64,000 nt of DNA from Camelus dromedarius (Eukaryota), in NCBI RefSeq assembly GCF_036321535.1, contig NC_087436.1:8556001-8620000 (forward strand), written 5' to 3'. Below, in pieces: positions 13,411 through 27,130 of the stretch. A program made the translations under genes and the position numbers. The first letter of the stretch is position 1, and each line of letters starts with the position of its first letter. Under the pieces are notes generated by a model that saw only the letters and a program-made list of their open reading frames with translations, ran no database searches and was not told the origin of the DNA.

Positions 13411-16400
13411 TATTTCTCGCACGATGCTTACTATCTACTTTTCCAAAGATCCACAATAAGACACATGCATATAAATGATACAGAAAGATAAGGTCTGATT
13501 ACAATAAGCCACATCATGAATACGACAAAGTTTCAACAGAAGCCATAAATTATCATTAATCAAGAAGTTCAGCCTCCATAGTAAGCAATCAAAACCAGAC
13601 CGTCCCTTGGCAACTCTCAAAAATGCTATTCAAATTGGCCAATCAATACAACACTTTATACTCCTACTATACAGAAAAAAAAAAACAAAAAAAAAAAAAC
13701 TGGACTTTCTCAAAGGAATCAGAACAGTTTTTGTTAAGTTGATTTTATTTTCTGATTATAAAAGTCAGCATGCCATGATTTGTTATTTACATGTGCCTTT
13801 GCACAAGCTCTTTACCTACGATAACCCCCTTCCCATTTCTCCCCTTGTTTGACTGAGACGGAGGATTGCATATTTCTAAACGGGATGCTTTTTTATTTTT
13901 CTTATGTTGATGTAGGACCAATGTCTGTAAATGACTGTGTGGGCAAAAAGGGTGCAGAAAATGACTCCCTCCCTCGGACCTACAGCATCAAGGCTGTTTA
14001 GAATGAGAATCCCAGCTCTTCAGTAAGGAGAACGGAATTTCATTAAAGGTGAAGAGGGTGAAGGAAATGCTGGTAGAGGTCTGTGGATGTAAGGAAATTT
14101 AACTCAAACAGCTGCCTATAAAAGTGGGATAACATGGAGGTAGCTGAGATGATTCTCTGCCAATGAGCCTATCTGACCATTTGAGATTTTTTCATATTTA
14201 TCTTTAAGTGGCCCAAAGCTTATACTTGTTTTTTTTTCCTTTAATGTTCATAATGGACCAGAGAGAAAAATAACAACTGCTACTTAGAAATAAGTGAGTG
14301 GCTCATTGCACTGAATGCGCTGGTCGTGAAAATGAATACACCATTCAACAAAAGCATTTTATCTAAAATCTTTCACATGGTGCCTTTTAATTCCCCTTTT
14401 ATCTCTTGCTGATGATCAAGAAAAGTGGGCTGCCCAATTAGCATTTTATATGGGTATAGAATGGCATTTTTACAATGTTCCATGAAAAAAAATATTTATA
14501 AAAGTCTAAGGAACACCCGAGGTTATTTTTCAGTTCTACAACTCATAAATCTAAATGAACAAAAGATAATTGAATTGAATTAAAATATATCATTACTGGA
14601 CAAAGATTCAAAAGTAAAATTAAATTGATGAATCTGTGTAATGAATTAACTACTATACTCCAGATGCTTGAATTGTTTACAGAGTACTTAATTATCATAT
14701 ATGAAGTCATGTTTTGAAATAGATAAACAATCTACCCTGATATGATGGATTAGAAATGAAGAAAATCTATTTTATAGTCATTCCTTTCATAGTTGAAACA
14801 TAAGTATGTGTTGTATCCTTTCTAAAGCTGATGCCAATAATATTTGCTAATGAATACAACCACGGTTGATCTCAGAGTATTTAACACACTGGCAGCTATG
14901 AAAGAAGCCATCAGATGATGATGAAAATAAGGAATGAACATGCTTGTGTTCTACTGGAAGTAATTTAACCACTGAAAACACCAGAACATAACGTGACCCA
15001 ATTATTATTAAACACACATTATAATCAATTTAACTTAATTGATTCCATGTCCTGTAATATAATACGCTATTTTTATGCACATTAAAAATGAGCATATCTT
15101 TAAAAAAATCCCATAAAACAAGTTTTAGATCTATATCTGATCAAATGACAGTTTTGACATCTCTCCACAAAACAAAACAAAAGAAAAAAAGATTAGTAGG
15201 TAAACTAACAGTAAAGGCAAACTGTACATAGAGGTCAGCGTGTGTATGTGTGTGTTGGGGGAGTGGGTGGGTTGGGGGCATGAAGTGCTATCATCTGAGT
15301 CAAGTGTTTAAAAACACTCAAACACAGCACTCCAAGGAGAGTATGACCATATGTATCTCAGTTCTGAAATTTAATAACAGTGTGAAAATTGAGAAAGTCA
15401 TTTAATTTCTCTGTGTGTCTGTTTCTTAATTCATGAAATGGAAATAGTATGGTTGCTATGGTTAGTGATAGGTTAAATCATGCAAAGGACAAAATGTTGC
15501 CTTGTACAGATTAAACATTTCTTAAAGATCAATTATTTGTGAATGATTTAAAAATATCTTACAACTGCTGGGGTCTAGGCACCACCAATCAGAATGTGTG
15601 ACGACCTGTGTACACCTGCATAATACAAGCCCTGGTGATTTAATACACACATCTATGTACATATGTGAAATGTATGTGCTTACAGGGTAAATTGAAAGAA
15701 GTTGACACTTTCAAATGGGTATTATTAAAAATTAAGTTATACATGTACCAAATTATAGAGCTATTCTTTTGTACATCTAAAGTTAAGAATGTTGTCCAAG
15801 TAATGGCCAAAGTGAATTGGCCCTGGCATATATTCTGTAAGTAACTAAAGATGGATTATTTGCCATGTTCAGAAGCTGCAGGTCCTGACAGATACAGATA
15901 ACGTCAAGCAATGCAATCTCTTCTCATTATTAGAGTCATGGAGAAGAGTAAGGTGACTCTGCAGGTCATCTCACGATGACAAGGCTACTTTAGATTTTCT
16001 TTTTCCTTTCTAAGCAGAAAAAAGAATAGCTAAGTATCCTGGAGGAGGCATTGAAAACGAACATGTCAGGACTGAACACATAAGGGATTCACCAACATAC
16101 AGATCTTCGTTCTATTCATTATTTTTGCCGAGAACATGAGAGTGATTGCATATCTGGATTTGTTGATAACATAGTTGTTTCCTTTCTCCCTACACCTACA
16201 GAAAGCCTCTGACAACCTCATTTTCCAGCAGGATGGGTTTCTGTCTGTCTTGTTTCTCTCACGCTGTTCTGAGTTTCCTAATGAACATCTACTATGCTGG
16301 TGATTTGTTCATTCTGTTCAAAACAGTGACCTCCTCCTGGACCTGCCAAATATCACATCTCCATGACTTTTTATTTTATAGATTTTTGCTTTTACCACAT

Positions 16401-18419
16401 TTTCCTTTCAGCCTTGAAGAAATGAAGGTCTCTATCATGACTGTGATATCCACCACTAATGATTTTTTTTTCCAAAGGGTCTGAGAAGACTTACACTGTA
16501 GGATTGATGTTTAGGTGGTACATGTTGTGCGTAAGAGACATAGCTGCAGGAAATTATTTTTTAACTTGTTTTGGGTACATACTGATGCTCCTAGTAAACT
16601 GAGTCATAGATTTTGATAGTGTTCAAGCATTTACCTGCTTGATGCTCATTCGGTAATCAGCATGCAGATTTATCACTGATTACTTGGACACTGACATTTC
16701 AAAACATTCTCCTGTAATTGATTTGACAGGTATTTATTAAGAATTCTTCCATGTCATCTTTATTACAGAACGTTTTTTCTTGAAATATTTCTGGCCAAAG
16801 ATGAAGTCCTCAACAGAGCTCGCCACAGGAGGTGTGTGAATCATCAGTGTTCACAACTGATCAAAACAAACAAAACAGAACAAAACAAAACAAAACTGTT
16901 CTTGGTTTTGAGCCTCTTCCTATACCCTGTTTGCTAAAGAGTATGATTTGGTTTCTCTACAGCAGCAATATTAAAATTCCAAGCTAAAATGAACAAATAA
17001 GACAGCTTCCTGAGTTTTATGAGTTATTTAATAAATATAGCAAATGTCAGCAGTCAATGGTAGATGACATTTCACTGTGTTACCATTTGATAAATTCTAT
17101 TTATTTAAAAAAGAATCATACATTTCAAAAAAGTATTAGTCATAAAGTATGTAGGGTTCTAACTTACTTACAGACCTTACCAATTATTTGACATTGCTGT
17201 AAAGTATGTTGATGCTAAATTGAAACTGAGAAGCCTAATGAAATATCCACACATTGCTTTGAATCAGAAAAAAAAAAAAAATCCACTGAGTAAATATCTC
17301 TAGACTATTTTTAGAATTCCATGAAAGACATAAATCTCAAACAAACAATCTAGGAGATTTATAATGAAATCTACCTGAGAGAGAGAGAAAAAAAATTGAT
17401 TCTTTAAACCTTAAAAGAATTATAATGTTCTCAGGGTTCAAGGTTTTCTTCAATCACAAGTTTCAGTCAAATCCTCAATGACATAAAAGTTTTCCTTTAA
17501 GGAAAGTCCTAGTGAGTTTTCTCTTCTTAGCACTCAGAGAAAATACGGATTTGTGAAAGCCACGTAGATAAATGACCAGGTTGAATAAGCAAATGCCCTG
17601 ATCTATAACTGTTGTAATTTCAGGAACTCTAACAAAACTTCTGCAGACAGCAGTCTTATAGGTTTGGTGTGACCCTTGAGCTGACTCAAGGGATCCAAAT
17701 ATTGTGAACTCCATATGGTGCTACACAAGGTGTTACCTAAGACGTTGATAGGTGGAAACTCCCTGTCTCCTCAGCACCAAAGTCCACGGGGAAGTTTTCA
17801 GCAAGCTACAAACTAGGACTTAGCTCAGGGAACTTCTTTCTTTTATGCAGAATCACTACCCTAGACAGACAACTCAGACAAACATTACTAAGTGTAGTGT
17901 TTTTTTTTTTTTTTAACAAATATTTCCTGAGTGCTAATTAGTGTGTCTACTGAGGAGATACTATGACACCAAATTAGTCATCCCAGGAGAAAAGGGAAAT
18001 AGCGTTTATGAATCTCCTGTTGTGTGCCAGGAACTACACAAAATGCTGCCATCAACTCAAAATAGCGTGAAGGTGGTAATGTGTGTATTTTAGACATAAA
18101 GAAACCCAATCTTAGACCCTTCCATTTTTAAATAATAGGATAACCAGTCCAAATTTTTTTAAACTAAAAAAAAAAGAAAAAGATAAAAATCGGAGGGCTC
18201 ATACAGAGGAAAAAGAACCAGCTCAATTAGAGCTGGAATTTGCTCCATAGTAATATAACCATAACTCATTTTTTTTCCCTTAATGTATTGTCTCTGCTAT
18301 CTTCTGTCTTGGTCTCAGATCCAGGCTTCACAGATCCTCTAGACCAGCATGCACAGAAATCAGAAGTCTCTTTCCCCAGCACCAGTGAAATGCTTATCAC
18401 ATAGGTTCTGCATGGGCTT

Positions 18420-19034
18420 GAATTAATTATTGCTCCCAGATAGAAGTCGAAGTCTGTTTGTCTGTGCCTCTGTCAGGTGCCCTGCTTCACTGAGAGCGGC
18501 TGACTGTCCCTTACTGGCTCCCAACAAGGGGAGGCAGTGCCAGGCTGATGAAAGACAGGACATTTTTCTTATCCCACAGCTGGCTCCCTGGTTCCAAGAA
18601 CACGGTCCTACGACAGGACTATTTATGTCCCACAGCTGCTGCATCCATCCCGAGGACACAGCCCAGTATCTCTTTCTTTGTTCTCTCCCCCACCTCTGAA
18701 GTTTCTGTTTTAGGGCTGAGCTCCATGGGAGGAAAGAGCCAGTAGGAGGTAACTGACACCACCGGAACGAAGATAAAGATGGCAGAGCCTTCCAGTAAAA
18801 GACCCTGTGGCCCCATTGAGGGCTGGAGCTCTCTTGACCTGATGGCTCCCCACTCCAGTGTTTTTCTTTTCTTTCTCTCTCTGAGCAATACAAGCAGCTC
18901 TTTTTTTTTCACTTTGTCTCCCTCCCTCTATTAGAATTCTTTGTAAGTTGGTGGATGAGAAACCACACATTTGGGGGAGGCTTGCCCACGCTCTTGGTGG
19001 GTTTCCAGTTTGGGAATCCCTCTATCTGCTAACA
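18420..19034. mobile_element. Probable solo LTR (GC-richer island ending ...TAACA)
   Basis: Compositionally distinct ~600 bp with agtaaa at about 18794, a CT-rich U5-like tract with gaattcttt, and terminal ctaaca. The left boundary and family are uncertain. Confidence 0.45.
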
Positions 19035-19544
19035 AACCCCAGGTAGCAAGTGTAAATACTTATGCAAAAGACTTGGACCTATAAAGAGGGCAGAGTGAAC
19101 CCCAGCAGACAACAGTAAGTAGGATTCACTAAATTTCAATCTGTGTCCTTACAGTTCCAAAGTAGTTCTTTTTAAAAATAGTTTGTATCCTTTGTTAATA
19201 ACAGTGATAAGCATATTGCACTATAGGAAAATAAGGCAAAATCTATACTTAATTTCCTGTTGGAATCTGGAAGAATGTCTCGGATGTGAATAGTTACTGC
19301 TTAATACAGTCATATGGAATAAATAGATGAAATACACTAACAATTGATGTGAGGTTGAATGCCTTTAAGAAGAAATAAATTTTGAGGAGAGTGGTGCCAT
19401 AAACGACCGAGGAATAGAAAAAAGTTGCCTGAGCTGGAGAGCATTTGAGTTTGGCCAGGAGACAGATATAAATTAAGAGGATCCAAATCAGAATCAGAAA
19501 GAGCACTTGAGACAAAAACAAATAGTTCAGTGGAAACAACAAAG

Positions 19545-19997
19545 TCGAGACCTTAACTTACAACGGGGCTAGGCAAGTAAACACTGCAAGTCAAAACACA
19601 TTTAATACACTCAACCCACCGAACAGCGTAGCTTAATCTTAAATGGGCTCCGGACACTTACATCGACCTACAGTTGGGTAAAAAGCATCTAACACAAAGC
19701 CTGTTTTATAACAATGTACTGGAAATCTCATGTAATTGGCTGAATACTATACTGAATGCGAAAGACAGAATGGTTGCCTGGGTACAGAATGGCTGTTAAG
19801 TGCACCTGTTGTTTACCCTCCCTGGTGGTGGGGGTGACTGGGAGCTACCGCCGCCCACATCACGAGAAAGTATCCCACAGCATATCTCTAACCAGAGAAG
19901 AGATCAAAATTTGAACTATGCTTTTACTGAATTTGTATCATTTCCACATCATCTAAAAGTGGAAAAATGCTAAGTGAAACCATCATAAGTCAGTCTG
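19545..19997. mobile_element. MER47-like (Tigger) DNA transposon
   Basis: catttaatacac...acacttacat...ctacagttggg...catctaacacaaagcctgttttata...accatcataagtc matches the MER47 consensus as recalled. Confidence 0.75.
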
Positions 19998-20789
19998 TGT
20001 AGGGGCTACTTAGCGCCACACTGGCCGGCCCATGCGTGCAGATCAGCGTTAGGAGCTCAGCCTGCTACAGGGGGTGGCTCAACACAGTTTGGATTTAACT
20101 TAGGAAAAAGAATTTAGTGGTTCTCTGCTTGGTGAACTGAAGTATGGAGAAAATAAGAAGTTTGGAGAAATAGTCAGAGTCCATTGCAGTAGCAAGGTGA
20201 GAGGGGAGGGGGTTCAGCTTAGGGCTGTGTCTAGAGACTGGAGAGGAAGGGATTAATAAGCAGACATTCAAAAGTCAGACAAGGGCAGAGAACAAAATAT
20301 GAATGCAGAGTCTGCCCAGGCCTGTGGACATCACACCATGTATTTCTCTGTCCCTTCTGAAATCATTTATCTCTGAAAGAGGAAAACCAAACTGATCAAA
20401 ATGAAATTAAATGCTCTATGAAACGTTGCAAAGGGGCTGAAGAGCTAGTTTCCAACTGAGGTCACCTGTCCTCAAGCACAAGTGAGAAAATATGCAAGTT
20501 CAAAAGGCCACGGGGACCCCAGCTGGGGAGATTATATGACACATTTTATGAAAGGTGGTTTTGAGAGAAGCCCAAAAGGGTTTATTAGTTGGACAATGAA
20601 GAAAAGACATGTTGCAAATAAATGCAAATTGGCAGGAGAGTATGTGTGGATCTGTTGAGTTTTGCTGTAGTGGTGGTACTTAGGAGAGACGGAAACATTT
20701 TAAAGGTGACTTTAGGATAATTTGTAGAGCGCATTAGTTGTTAAGTTTTACCCCGAAAGTGAAAAAAGGACTTGAATCCTATAACGTAT

Positions 20790-20980
20790 TGAGGGCTAAG
20801 ACACTGAAATTAGACAAAACTGAGTTGATAGCTGGCTCCAACACTTATTAGTGAAGTGATTCACCATATGTAGAAGAGAGCTAAAAATTTATGTAGCTGC
20901 TAGTTTTAAATGAGGCAGTGCATAAAAATCCTTAGCTCACTGTCTGATCCAGAGAAAGTGCTCAATCTTTCTTAATCACT
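20790..20980 (+). mobile_element. MIR remnant
   Basis: ctggctccaacacttattag...aaagtgctcaat; degenerate. Confidence 0.5.
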
Positions 20981-22041
20981 ATTAACATACTGTACAATAG
21001 CAGTAGCATTAAGAACAAAAATTACAACCAGGCAATACAACATAAGACACGCACACGATGCAGTGACTCACACTTGACTTTAGAAAATCAGACTGTAGCC
21101 TCTATATTAAAAGAAGGAAATTATAGAGAATCCCTTTAAATGATTATTGAACAGAGGACAAGAGGAAAATTAGAAATTACTAATGAAACTCTTAAGACAG
21201 TATGAATAAATGATAGTGCGTTTCTTCCATGTCCAGTACATTTTTGTATACCTGGTACACTATTCCTCAACATCGTCATTCTTTTATTTCTTGCTTAAAT
21301 TCAAGCTCTTGATTTCTTTCTGTGCATGCCTTAGGAAATCATTCACGAGTTTATCATCATAAAAAAGTGGGCATCTTTAAGTTATTTATAGTATCAACTT
21401 ATAATAAAAATTTAAGGCTATTGTTTCTATTTCGCTTGTAACTACAATAAGGAAAGCCGTTTCCCTGATGAATTTGAAATTTTCATGATGACTTTATGAA
21501 TCTGAAGAATAGATATGATCTATCTCTCTCCTGTAAATCTAAATATTATGGTAGTTTAAAAAGTGCTTTCCAGTGTTCTAAAATTTTAAAAGATATTAAA
21601 TGGACCACTTTGAAATTAGGTAAGAGGTAGAAGTGCCAAAAGGATTATCAATATATCTTAATTTCACGTTGGCAGGGCACAAAGATCAGATTCAGGAATG
21701 TTTTAAATAGGTTAATGCAACTCTCTGTTCATAAGATCGTAATGATGATACTCAGTATATTTCTTAATTCACAGAACATAAAATCTTAATTCACAGAACA
21801 TATAAAAATAATGTAAATCTCAAATGACTGTTGCCAAATCTCCCTCTACATCTATTTATTAAAAAGTCATTTGTGTCCAACAAAACCTCTTTGAATTATA
21901 CTTCACTATTTCCTAGTAGGAATAAAAATGTGGATGGCAGTAGAGATTTTTTTTAATGTCAAAAATGGCAAGCAAATTAAGGCTATATGCAAGAAATCAG
22001 GAAGGCATGTTTAGTCTATATTAAAATGTATATATCTATAT

Positions 22042-22820
22042 ATATGCCACATCTTCGATATCTATTCAACTACTGATGTGCACTTAGGATGCTCCCGTAT
22101 CTTGGCAATTATAAATAATGTTGCTGTTAATAGCAGGGTGTATGTATCTTTCTGAATTAGTTCTTATTTTGTGGTTGACTTTATTCCTTTGACAACTATG
22201 AAAGTTTAAAAAGCTAAAGCTCTAAACGTTCTTAGAAACAATGAACAGTACATATATGTAAATTAAAAAATATATGTGCAGTAAAAAAAAAAAAAAAAAG
22301 AAATGAGCCATCTAGCCATGAAAGACATGGAAGAAACTTAAAAGACATATTACTAAATGAAAGAAGCCAGTCTGAAAAAGCTACAAACTGTGTGATTCCA
22401 ACTAAATGACATTCTGGAAAAGGCACAGCTACAGGAACAATAAAAAGACTGTGGTTTCCAGGGGTTTGGGGAGAGGGAGGGAGGGAGGAAGGAACAGATG
22501 GAGCACAAGGGATTTTTAGGGCGATTAAATTATTCTGTATGATATTATAGTGGTGGGTACATGTCATTATGCATTTGTCAAAAGCCATAGAATGTACATG
22601 AAGAGTGAGCCCTGATGTAAACTATGGACTCTGGCTGATAATATGTGTTCATGTTGGTTCACTGATTGTACCAAATATGCCACATTGATGAGGGATGCTG
22701 AGGGCAGGGGAGTATGTGAGGGTGGGGAGGGCTATGTGCAAACTCTCTGTATTTTCTGCTCAGTTTTGCTGTGAACCTGAACCTGCTCTAAAAGAATAAA
22801 GTCTTTTAATTAAAAAAAAA
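22042..22820 (+). mobile_element. L1 3' region with an antisense L1 segment at its 5' side (possible 5' inversion)
   Basis: 22042-22160 is antisense L1 (ccacatcttc...cacttagg...tcttggcaattataaataatg). 22280-22820 is sense L1 3' sequence ending aataaa...poly-A. Flanked by taaaatgtat(a/g)tatctatat at 22022-22041 and 22821-22840. Confidence 0.8.
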
Positions 22821-23469
22821 TAAAATGTATGTATCTATATTTCTTAACATCATTTTTCTATATAAACCAATAACTCATGTTCTTGTTATTTTCATGTATC
22901 AGTTAAGTGAGTTCGGGTGAGCTCTTTTTTAATTAAAAATTATTCAGGGATCAAAATTATGTATTTGATAGTAATGCAACTAAGTTTTTAAGCAGAATTT
23001 TAACAATGAATACTTTAACTAATTAAAACCATAGGCAATGTGTCCTTTCACTCAAAACTGATAAATGATCTTGACTTATTAAGGGAAAAATCTAGGTTGT
23101 GTCAGGATTTTCTTGGTTTAATTATATAAATCAGCTGCTACTTTCACAGTCATAGTATAGGTAAACTCTGATTCTTTTTTGTTCCCAAAAAACTAAAAGC
23201 TATATTTAGGTATTGAAAATTACATAAGCTTGAAAATAAGCTTTACATCATGACAAAAAATGAATTGCTGTAATTTTAGACCATTTTCTGGAAAACCAGT
23301 TGTCAATATGGAAAAAAAAAATCCAAGTCCTTTTCATTATCCCTTTTTCTCTCAAAAAAAAAAAAAATGAAATGAAATTTCCAAAATACAGGGAAAAAGG
23401 GAGAAATTTAACTTCAGTCTAAACAAAAAAGAGGAGATTTTCAGCATACCTAATTCAACAAGCAGTTTT

Positions 23470-24214
23470 TTTTTTTAATTGAAGTATAGTCAGTTTACAA
23501 TGTTGTGTCAACTTCTGGTGCACAGCATAACAGTTCGGTCATACACATACATACATCTATTCATTTTCATATTCTTTTCATTATAGTTTACTACAAGGTA
23601 TTGAATAGAGCTCCCTGTGCTCTACAGAAGAAATTTGTTGTTTATTTTATAGATAGTAGTTAGTATCTGCAAACCTGGAACTCTAAATTTATCTCTTTCC
23701 ACCCCCTTTATCCTCTGGTAACCATAAGTTTCTTGTCTATTTCTGTGAGTCTGTTTCTGTTTTATGAATAAGTTGATTTGCCTTTTTATTTTTTTTAGAT
23801 TCCACATGTGAGTGATATCATACGGTATTTTTCTTTCTCTTTCTGCCTTATTTCACTTAGAATGATAATCTCCAGGTCCATCCATGTTGCTGCAGATGCT
23901 ATTATTTTATTCTTCTTATGGTTGAGTAGTATTCCATTATATAAATATACCACATCTTCTTTATCCAGTCATCTGTTGATGGACATTTAGGCTGTTTCCA
24001 TGTCTTGGCTATTGTAAATAGTGCTGCTATGAACATTGGGGTGCAAGTACTTTTCTGAATTAAAATTCATTCTGGATATATGCCCAGGAGTAGGATTCTA
24101 GATCTTATGGTAAGGCTATTGTTAGTTTTTTGATGAATCTCCATACTGTTTCCCATAATGGCTACACCAAATGACATTGCCACCAACAATGTAAGAGGGT
24201 TCCCTATTCTCCAC
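23470..24214 (-). mobile_element. 5'-truncated L1
   Basis: Poly-T, L1 3' UTR and ORF2 end on the minus strand, with a 12-bp TSD acaagcagtttt at 23458-23469 and 24215-24226. Confidence 0.95.
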
Positions 24215-25231
24215 ACAAGCAGTTTTAAGGGTTACTTAAGGCAACTACCATTTTTTACTTCCCTCGACACTGTTTCTATTCATTTTGGAGGCCTGTATAC
24301 CCTACACCATACTGGTGTAAACACCAAAGGATAAAACCCTGGCAGTTTAATGTTTATTGCCTAATATTTTTAATATACTCAGTGGTTATGGTGAATGTGT
24401 CTACTCACGACTGAGGACAGATTAGACTTCAGAGAAGTTTTCTCAATATAAGTACTAATTTGGTGGGGTTTTTTGTTATAGTTAAATTTAAAGGCTCTGT
24501 GATATTCTTTTCATGTACTTCAGTTTTGCTTGAACCAAACCTGACATCATGCTGCCTGATTATTTTTTTTCAATAAAAGTAGCAAGAGATGGAACATTGT
24601 AACATAACGAGTGAAAGTTAACAAGTGAGCATTTTTCATTTAAAGAAAGGAATGCATTTATCTAGACATTCTCTGATTGACTCACAGTACCCAGTTTCTT
24701 TTTTCCTACATGAATAGCCATAGGGAGGCTACAGCCAGAGGTTGACAACTAAGTTAAAATGGGACAAAATATTAACTCAAGTGGAATCACACGGAATCGT
24801 TTTTCCAGCCTCTAATCATTGTAAAGACAGAGGATATCAGTGCCACCAATGTTGTCCTTCTAAAGACACCCCCTACCACTACCACTATTACTCCATTTAA
24901 AATAAATTTGTTTTTATGCCAAAAAAAGAGAAAAGAATGTGATGTAGATGTGAACTAAGCATTTTAGCCACATTCACATAAACTTTTCAAAATATTCTGA
25001 CTGCTATAATTAATTTATGCATGTATTTTCAAAGACAAAATTATGTAATAGCATTGCTTTGTTCAGTCACACAGGAGTTCACCATTCAAAAGGGAGTTTT
25101 TTGGTTATGATACTTGTATTTAAAGTTTTAACATTTTAATAAAACATTTCATCAAGAAAAAATCATGAATTCAGAGAATTAGATGTTATGGTAAAATATA
25201 TCACCTTCCTTCAACAGAAAAATAATATATC

Positions 25232-25743
25232 TGTAGTAGAAAAGAACAAATCTCACTTCATATTGGATCTGTTCCTGTGATTTTAATGCTGTGCTCTGTT
25301 TCCTGGGCTCCGTCACGCTGGTTCTGCACCTTTTGTAAAAGGATGTTGCCTGGAGCCTGAAATAGACAGGAGAGCCCATCCTCAAGGCTCTGACCTTTAA
25401 GGGTGTAACACTTTTCCATTCATATAAAGGTAACAAGTTGCGGAATAGAAAATAACGTTTGTTTTGTTGAAGGTACACCATAATCTGACCCAGATGGACA
25501 GCTGCAAGAACAAAGAATTCCTACACCAAGAGGTTTGCCACAACCAACCACATCCCCTCCTTTTTTCAGTATAAAAGGAGCCTGGATTCTGACTGGGGGA
25601 AGATGGTTCTCCAGGACATTAGTCTGCCATCTTCTCAGTCTGCTGGCTTTCCAAATAAAGTCACTATTCCTTGCCCTAACACCTCATCTCCTGATTCACT
25701 GGCCTTTCACGTGGCAAGCAGAATGAGTTTGGACTTGGTAACA
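25232..25743 (+). mobile_element. Solo ERV1-type LTR (copy A)
   Basis: TGTAG...TAACA termini, TATA-like tataaaa at about 25570, aataaa at about 25654, and a 4-bp TSD tatc on both sides. Confidence 0.9.
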
Positions 25744-26611
25744 TATCCACTTAAAGATAGAAAGAATTAGAAATCTTGTACACATTATTGTTTTATATAC
25801 ATGTTTTGTGAGAATTGATTAATGATTTATCTGCTGTTTCAGAATGTTATAGTCTAATCAATTGAATAAATGTATAAAACAGATCCTGCAATGCACACAT
25901 GAGATTCATTTAAGAAATTACCTCAGGTCTCAGGATAAGCCCTGCCTCCCTCTTGTGAAACATCATACTGTATCGTAACTTCTGATGTATTTCCTCATTC
26001 ATCATAATTGTTATTTGAGTCTGTTTTTACTACTAAACAAAGAAACCCAAGCAATCTAGGTAGCCATTATCATTCACTCATTCAGGGTAAACTAAGTTTG
26101 ATTTACCATTTCTAGCAAAATCCCAAATCATATATGACAAAGGGGAAAAGTACATAGAAAAGTGCTATGAATACATCACAGCTCTCTCCTAAGCAGAATA
26201 CTGGGTCCCGTAAATGGACGACCCTATGTTTTACAGAACACTTTGATGAGTTGGCATGAGGACCTCTGAGGGAAGAAGCAAGAGCTATCTTACTTTGCAT
26301 AATAAAACTCAAGAGGCAGATCTGCAATGTAGAGTGTTTCTAATTACATGTCATTATTGCTCCATTGATTTCTTCAGGAAAAAATGCCACAGAGCAAATC
26401 TAGTTAGAGGTTTTATTAACTTGCAGAACTTGGGAGTCTACTAATATAACTGTGCAAAACTTTTCCTTTTTTAAAATAATGAAATCCTTGTGTTTCAAAT
26501 ATACCTTGCGTTTAAACCCAGCCTTATTTCCCATATGACAAAAACATCGCAGTTAATACAGGATACTCATCTAAGGGAATGTTCTTTCAAAAGAGGTTCA
26601 TCCACTTGGGG

Positions 26612-27130
26612 TGTAATAGAAAAGAACAAATATGACTCCATATTGGATCTGTCCTTTAGCTCCAACCCTGTGCTCTGTTTCCTGGGCTCAGTCATGCTGA
26701 TTCTGCACCTTTTGTAAAAAAGAATGTTGCCTAGACCCTGAAATGTACAGGACAGTCCACTCTCAAAGCTCTGACCTTTAAGGGTGCAACACTTTTCCAT
26801 TCATAGAGATAAAAAGTTGCAGGACAGAAAATAACATATGTCCTGTTGGAGGTTTCCAGGAATATCATGACCTGACCGATGTAGACAGCTGCAAGAACAA
26901 AGGATTCTGACACCAAGAAGTTTGCCACAAGCAACCACACCCCCTCCCCTTTTCAATATAAAGGGAGCCTGAATTCTGACAGGGGGAAGATGGTTCTCCA
27001 GGACATTAGTCCCCCATCTTCTTGGTGTGCTGGCTTTCTAAATGAAGTTGTTATTCCTTGCTCCAACACCTCACCTCCCAACTTACTAGCCTGTCGTGTG
27101 GCGAGTAGAATGAGTTTTGACTCATTAACA
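26612..27130 (+). mobile_element. Solo ERV1-type LTR (copy B, same family as 25232-25743)
   Basis: TGTAA...TAACA termini. Colinear with copy A along its length (tagaaaagaacaaat, catattggatctgt, ctctgacctttaagggtg, acagctgcaagaacaaa, ggggaagatggttctccaggacattagtc). Confidence 0.9.

Noticed and set aside
18423..18893. Longest ORF in the track (156 aa, minus strand)
   Set aside because: No recognisable homology and no convincing splice context. It lies in a GC-richer LTR-like segment where stops are rarer and does not match the expected FSTL5 terminal exon.
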